Part shown: positions 37,292 through 42,667 of the stretch, in pieces
Layout of the letters: each line of letters starts with the position of its first letter
How positions within the stretch are numbered: the stretch's first letter is position 1
DNA from: Octopus bimaculoides
Lineage: Eukaryota
DNA: 42,667 nucleotides
Direction of reading: 5' to 3'
Assembly (NCBI RefSeq): GCF_001194135.2
Contig: NC_069003.1
Location: 556,016 to 598,682, forward strand
Made by a program: the position numbers and the translations under genes
The notes under the pieces: model-generated
Databases searched by the model: none
Told to the model about the DNA's origin: nothing
The model's input: the letters and a program-made list of their open reading frames with translations, nothing else

Positions 37292-38277
37292 ACCGTTGTA
37301 TTTAGTGGCTATTTAAGCAATGTGTGAAACCTCTGCAGGATTTGAACTCAGAATGTAACGACAGGCGACAACGTTTCAGAATATTTCTTACTATTTATAA
37401 AACCTCATCAGATTTCATAGAATTCTATGAAATAGGGCGTCAGACAAAACACCCATCAGCAGTTTTAGTTTGTTTTGGGATCTCATTCTGTGTAGGCTAC
37501 AGACTAACGTAACCTTTCATCCTTTTAAATTCGATCATAGAAATACCAGCGAAGTCCTACGGTCGATGCAAACGTGTATAGACCCCACCGATGTAACTGT
37601 TTATCTTACACCCGCCCCGCCAATATTTCTAACGCATTACATTTCCAATGCATGACATCATGGCAGACGATACTTTCTTCTAAGTTATGTTCTTTTCCAT
37701 TTTTAATGTTTCTCGTTTTTAAATTTGTTCCAAGATATAGTTGTGATCGACCTTTATTTTTTGTTGCTTTTTGTATATCTGGCCTCTAGCCAAACAAGGA
37801 GAACACATTCAGCATTTACAATAAAAGGTGCGAAAACAAGAAAGAATAACATCCCATAAGCGAAAAAAAAAAAAAAAAAGAAAGAAATCGATAAAGAGAA
37901 TTCAGAATGAAATGAAGGCTGCAATCCCATCCTCCTGATTTATCTCTGCTCATGCTGCCATTTTCCTGTTGTTGTGATTCAAAGCAGGAAAGAAAAAGAT
38001 GGCTGTTGGTTGATAGATTGTCACGTGAGAAAGAGAACAAAACGGAAGTTTGGAAGCGGCCTTCAGATATTATCGTGAACAATCGAGCTGAACGTCTGGA
38101 TGTGGTGTGTGTGTGTGTGTGAGAGAGAGAGGGGGAGAGAGAGAGAGAGAGAGAGAGNNNNNNNNNNNNNNNNNNNNNNNNNNNNNNNNNNNNNNNNNNN
38201 NNNNNNNNNNNNNNNNNNNNNNNNNNNNNNNNNNNNNNNNNNNNNNNNNNNNNNTGTATATACGTATGTGAGTGTGA

Positions 38278-38309
<32 letters not shown>

Positions 38310-38450
38310 ATGTGTGTGTGTGTGTATGTGTGTGTTAAAATATTTTCGTCGCTTTGAGACCGCGACGTGTTCACTGACAAAATTGTGCTGCATCTGAGAA
38401 AGTAACAGTTAGTTCATGATATATATGTATGTATGTGTGTGTACATGTGT

Positions 38451-38484
38451 GTGCCGTCATTTTTTACGGCACGGGGCCAGCTAG
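38451..38484 (+). mobile_element. Helitron-like 3' terminus (hairpin + 8-nt spacer + CTAG followed by T)
   Basis: GTGCCGT-cattttt t-ACGGCAC forms a 7-bp stem. It is followed by GGGGCCAG, CTAG (38481-38484) and T. The 5' end is not identifiable. Confidence 0.5.
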
Positions 38485-38492
38485 TATATGAT

Positions 38493-38527
<35 letters not shown>

Positions 38528-38846
38528 CACATGCTCATGCATGTGTGTGTGCGCGCGCGCAAGCGTGCGTGCGCGTGTGTCTGTTTGCGGGCGCTAGTTT
38601 AGACAAGTAGATGTCAACATATTGCTGGATGAGTTGACAGATTCGTAGAAGACAAAGATAAGTGGAGACACTTCTGTTCAAGTTGGTGTATGTGTGTGTG
38701 TGTGTGTGTGTGTGGAGGTCTACAGGGTACATATGGATGGAAGAGTGTGCGTTTGTGCTCGTGAGAGTTCGTTATCTTTGTATGTGTGTGGTGAGAGATA
38801 GAAGAATGAGCAACACATAGTGGAAGTAAGAGTGAAGATGAATATT

Positions 38847-38885
<39 letters not shown>

Positions 38886-39021
38886 CTGAGTATCTCGTAG
38901 TTGAGTATCTCCCTTAAACCTTATCCCGCCCCACCCAAGTATAGAAAAGGCATTTTGGATCTGGGTTTCCTGTGCATAGAAAACGCCGAGACGGTCAGNN
39001 NNNNNNNNACGCCGAGACGGT

Positions 39022-39085
39022 CAGTACTGGAATGTCTCTGATCAAAAGCCTGCCTGTTTAAGACTGACCTGGGGCTAAACAACAG
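39022..39085 (+). mobile_element. 3' end of the ...GACCTGGGGCTAAACAAC repeat family
   Basis: CTGGAATGTCTCTGATCAAAAGCCTGCC...GACTGACCTGGGGCTAAACAACAGC. Confidence 0.6.
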
Positions 39086-39541
39086 CATCAATACCACCAC
39101 AGCCACCACAATTTCCCCACTCCCCTCCCCTGCTACCAAACTTGGCAGCATTTTCGGTCATTTCCGTCAGGTTTCCGATCAAATGCAACAAAACGAACAT
39201 GTTGGAACAAGCAGCCTCTTCTCCTAGACCGTCACTACTACTACTACTACTACTTGTTGCACCACCGTCGCCTCCACACACCGCAGAGGAGCTCCTATGT
39301 AGTCGTTCATCCTCTTAGAAATAAAAACTAAATTCCCTCAGCACGCCCATCCTACTGTTTTAGAAAAGGACACACTGGAAGCTGTGACGCTGGCTTACCC
39401 CAAGCGCCACCCCGTACAAACAAAAATGACGGGAAGAGTTTAGGCTTTCATTTTGAGGTGAACAAGTTTTCTTCTTTTCTATTTGTAAGGTTGAGGTGGT
39501 TGTGTGTATCTTGTTGCTTCAGAGGAATAAAAGCCGCAGAA

Positions 39542-39613
39542 GTTGTGGTGGAAGAAGAGACAGGGAGAAGAAAGAATTCAATGTGGAAGGACAAAGTCAA
39601 CCAGTGGGGTGGT
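39542..39613 (+). mobile_element. Possible decayed RTE-type LINE C-terminal fragment
   Basis: VVVEEETGRRKNSMWKDKVNQWGG resembles the RTE C-terminal motif GKVEGKRxRGRPRxRWxDxIKEWTG. The match is short. Confidence 0.3.
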
Positions 39614-40029
39614 ATTCTCTTAAGAAAGTACCCCAAAGATGTGCGTGTGAGTGAAGCTTGTCCTGGAAATGTAAGCATTATTTCAAAGCGGACCTGAAAA
39701 TGGTCGGCTGCTGAACAAGGCCTAAGTATTTCTAATGTGGAACAGGAAGCACCGTCTTTTAAGAGATTTTTGTCCTAAATCAGGTTTTGTCATAATTTAG
39801 GGAATCTAAAATTTTCTTCTGGTCAAAATTTTGCCGGGAAGTTTTCGAAATGTCTGTCAGATTTCATCTGGTAACTTTGTTTTTCGGGGATCGATACTTA
39901 AAATACAATTCTAGTAATGGGAGGTGATACATCGACTTTTTCTCTCATCGACTTTCCATCAAAAAGTAAACGCTTGATGAGGGACGGACTCCACCAGGTT
40001 TAAAATGCTTCGTTGGAGATATTTAACAC

Positions 40030-40195
40030 ATACGACGTACTTTTTTCTGTTTCCGTCTACCAAATCCATTCGCAAGGTTTTGGTCTGCTTGGGGCTGTAG
40101 TAGAAGACACTTGCCCAAGGTGCCACACAGTGAGACTGAACCCGGAACCATGTGGTGGGGAAGCAATCTTCTTGTCACACAGCCACGCCTGCGCC
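40030..40195 (-). mobile_element. 5' portion of a tRNA-derived, CORE-like SINE
   Basis: The minus strand reads GGCGCAGGCGTGGCTGTGTG...CATGGTTCCGGGTTCAGTCTCACTGTGTGGCACCTTGGGCAAGTGTCTTCTACT...GATTTGGTAGACGGAAAC, giving a Pol III head plus a CORE-like CCTTGGGCAAGTG. Confidence 0.75.
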
Positions 40196-40939
40196 TATAT
40201 GGTATAATTAAGCCTTATAGTCCACTAGTGTCCTCAACGTTTTTCTAAGCTAGAAGAGTTTAATTTTAGGGAGGTTGCTGTTGTTTCTAGCATGTCAAAT
40301 AAATGCACAGACCAACCACATTGTTGTTGTTTGAACTACTAATTAGTCTTGACCCCTAATCAAATATATCCGTGACGTCATTCTATTTGTCCCGACGCAG
40401 TGTGGAACGTCTAACACAACATGGTCATAGCATGTGTTCTTTGTTTTTTGATAACGGAAGAAAGACTGTAGCTGCCGTTTCTAGCAGGTCGAGCGACCTT
40501 AGAATGCCACAGTCACTGACTCGTTAAGTGGGCTTAACAGACAATATTGATTATGGGGGGATGCATTACAAATGAATCTATTTGTGTGTTGAATGAAATA
40601 TACACCCGCTCATTTCATATAGATATTTGTGTAATCATAAAGAATATCAGAATCGATTAGAAATCGATTTATAATGATGATGGCACACCAAAAACACTAA
40701 AATAGTTTATAAACCATTAACCATTGCAGTAAACTGTTTAAATTATTTATGAACCTAGACAATATATTACATTTGTTGTAAATGTGTGTGTATATATATG
40801 TATGTGTTTATGTGTGTGTAGTTTTTTATGCTTTCAAGTATTCAAATTCCTCCCCCGAGGAAGGATTTTTTAAAAAATAGATAGAAAACACCACCGTTGG
40901 AATGGAGATAAGAAAAACACTCATATTTTGAAGTTGAAA

Positions 40940-41370
40940 AAAATTTTGCATTAATGACCACCTCGAGAACCTAGTTTCCAGAATAACTGTTCGCCGGGAG
41001 CTGCACAAAGTCGGATTTCACGGGAGGACTGACTGCAATCAGAAAACCACTACTTTCAAAAGCAAACGCTGCAAAGCGTTTAGAGTGGAGTAAAAACCTA
41101 CAGAATTGGGCCCTAGAGCAGTGGAAGAATGTTATTTTCTCGGACGAGTCATCCTTTACCTTATTTTCGACCACCGACCGAGTATACGTGTGGAGACAGC
41201 CAAAAGACGCATTTGACCCAGACTGCATTCTTCCAATTGTTAAACATGGAGGAGAATCTGCGATGATCGGGGGTGGGGCTATATCTTGGAAATCCACTGG
41301 CCCAATGGCTTCCCTTCATGGCAGAATTAAAAGTCAAGACTATTTAAGCATTTTCTCTGATCAAATTCAT
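40940..41370 (+). mobile_element. Tc1-family (DD34E-type) transposase remnant, running into an assembly gap
   Basis: It reads SRITVRRELHKVGFHGR, then after a frameshift TAIRKPLLSKANAAKRLEWSKNLQNWALEQWKNVIFSDESSFTLFSTTDRVYVWRQPKDAFDPDCILPIVKHGGESAMIGGGAISWKSTGPMASLHGRIKSQDYLSIFSDQIH. These are the hallmark Tc1 motifs KPLL, W..V.FSDES and VKHGGGSVMVWG. The later catalytic residues would fall in the N-gap at 41371-41968. Confidence 0.92.
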
Positions 41371-42667
41371 NNNNNNNNNNNNNNNNNNNNNNNNNNNNNN
41401 NNNNNNNNNNNNNNNNNNNNNNNNNNNNNNNNNNNNNNNNNNNNNNNNNNNNNNNNNNNNNNNNNNNNNNNNNNNNNNNNNNNNNNNNNNNNNNNNNNNN
41501 NNNNNNNNNNNNNNNNNNNNNNNNNNNNNNNNNNNNNNNNNNNNNNNNNNNNNNNNNNNNNNNNNNNNNNNNNNNNNNNNNNNNNNNNNNNNNNNNNNNN
41601 NNNNNNNNNNNNNNNNNNNNNNNNNNNNNNNNNNNNNNNNNNNNNNNNNNNNNNNNNNNNNNNNNNNNNNNNNNNNNNNNNNNNNNNNNNNNNNNNNNNN
41701 NNNNNNNNNNNNNNNNNNNNNNNNNNNNNNNNNNNNNNNNNNNNNNNNNNNNNNNNNNNNNNNNNNNNNNNNNNNNNNNNNNNNNNNNNNNNNNNNNNNN
41801 NNNNNNNNNNNNNNNNNNNNNNNNNNNNNNNNNNNNNNNNNNNNNNNNNNNNNNNNNNNNNNNNNNNNNNNNNNNNNNNNNNNNNNNNNNNNNNNNNNNN
41901 NNNNNNNNNNNNNNNNNNNNNNNNNNNNNNNNNNNNNNNNNNNNNNNNNNNNNNNNNNNNNNNNNNNGAGTATTATGTACTCTTAACTGTGAAACAATTG
42001 TACTAAATTAACTAAAGGCAAGTGTTTTTTACTCTTCTCTATTGTTTTTTGTTCTGTGTGTATCAAAAATATCGCTATCAATCTGGAGCAATAATTTGTA
42101 GTTTTGAAATCAGTAGTTCTTTGACTGCTATTTCTGAATTCTCAGTATGTTGGAGAAGCAGGTTACTGCCAATCCCTATATATCTATGATTATAAATTAT
42201 TTACCGAAGAAGGTTTTTTTCATACTGAGCTACCCGGCAGAATTGTTAATTATTAATTTTATTACTAATTGATGATTCCCTGCCCTGCATATCTATATAT
42301 ATGTATGTATATATAAGTACTCACGCGCTCTCGCACACTCTCACGTATATATATATGAACTTACTGAGGATTATACTTAAGCAGGTGCTCTAATGCACAA
42401 ACATACACACGCTGTCTCGCGCACAGTCACACAAACCCATCCACATACATATTCATACTGAAGCGCATCCATAATATATATATATGTATATATATATACC
42501 CACAATCACGTAACCTATTTCTGCGATAGAAGGAAAGAGTTGATTGTGCAAAGAGCAGAAGCCAGAAACATTTGGACAATCTCCAAACTGACAAACATCC
42601 TTTTGCAGTCGTTGTTATGACGATATGTCGCAGAGACCAGGGCTCGGGTGAGCGGAGTAATGGTCGT

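Noticed and set aside
37360-37412. Minus-strand CTGATGAG...GAAAC-GTT-GTC hammerhead candidate
   Set aside because: Stems I and II do not pair. The GAAACGTT...TTCTGAGTTCAAATCC part looks like a decayed SINE head of the 13771 family, so the match is coincidental.
38983-39024. 16-bp direct repeat ACGCCGAGACGGTCAG flanking 10 Ns (TSD-like or CRISPR-like)
   Set aside because: Identical sequence on both sides of a minimal gap is a contig-overlap artefact.

Overview
This is eukaryotic, AT-rich, microsatellite-saturated genomic DNA from a gapped draft assembly, with about 13 N-runs. The SINE and repeat families look like those of a cephalopod (Octopus); this is recognition from memory, not a database result. 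I can support only one host protein-coding segment. It is a minus-strand exon at 462-569 encoding MRSNEMTAHTSPSLNTETSISLSQSMDSVNTTPEEE and ending in a phase-0 GTGAGT donor. It matches the N-terminus of couch potato (cpo)/RBPMS-family RNA-binding proteins, which continue ...EEE|VRTLFVSGLP; the RRM exons would lie left of the window. The other ~42 kb is upstream of this exon and is non-coding. It holds microsatellites, purine/pyrimidine tracts, several tRNA-derived SINE families, decayed RTE-like LINE pieces, an internally deleted mariner, a Tc1 remnant, a Helitron-like 3' end and two decayed hammerhead-like (Penelope-type) motifs. Almost all ORFs in the supplied track are artefacts of microsatellites or N-gaps. 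I found no evidence of a novel multi-gene system. The best leads are the translational architecture of the cpo leader, a promoter-like motif cluster at ~24.6 kb, a nearby inverted SINE pair and the ribozyme-like relics. Boundaries of decayed elements are approximate.
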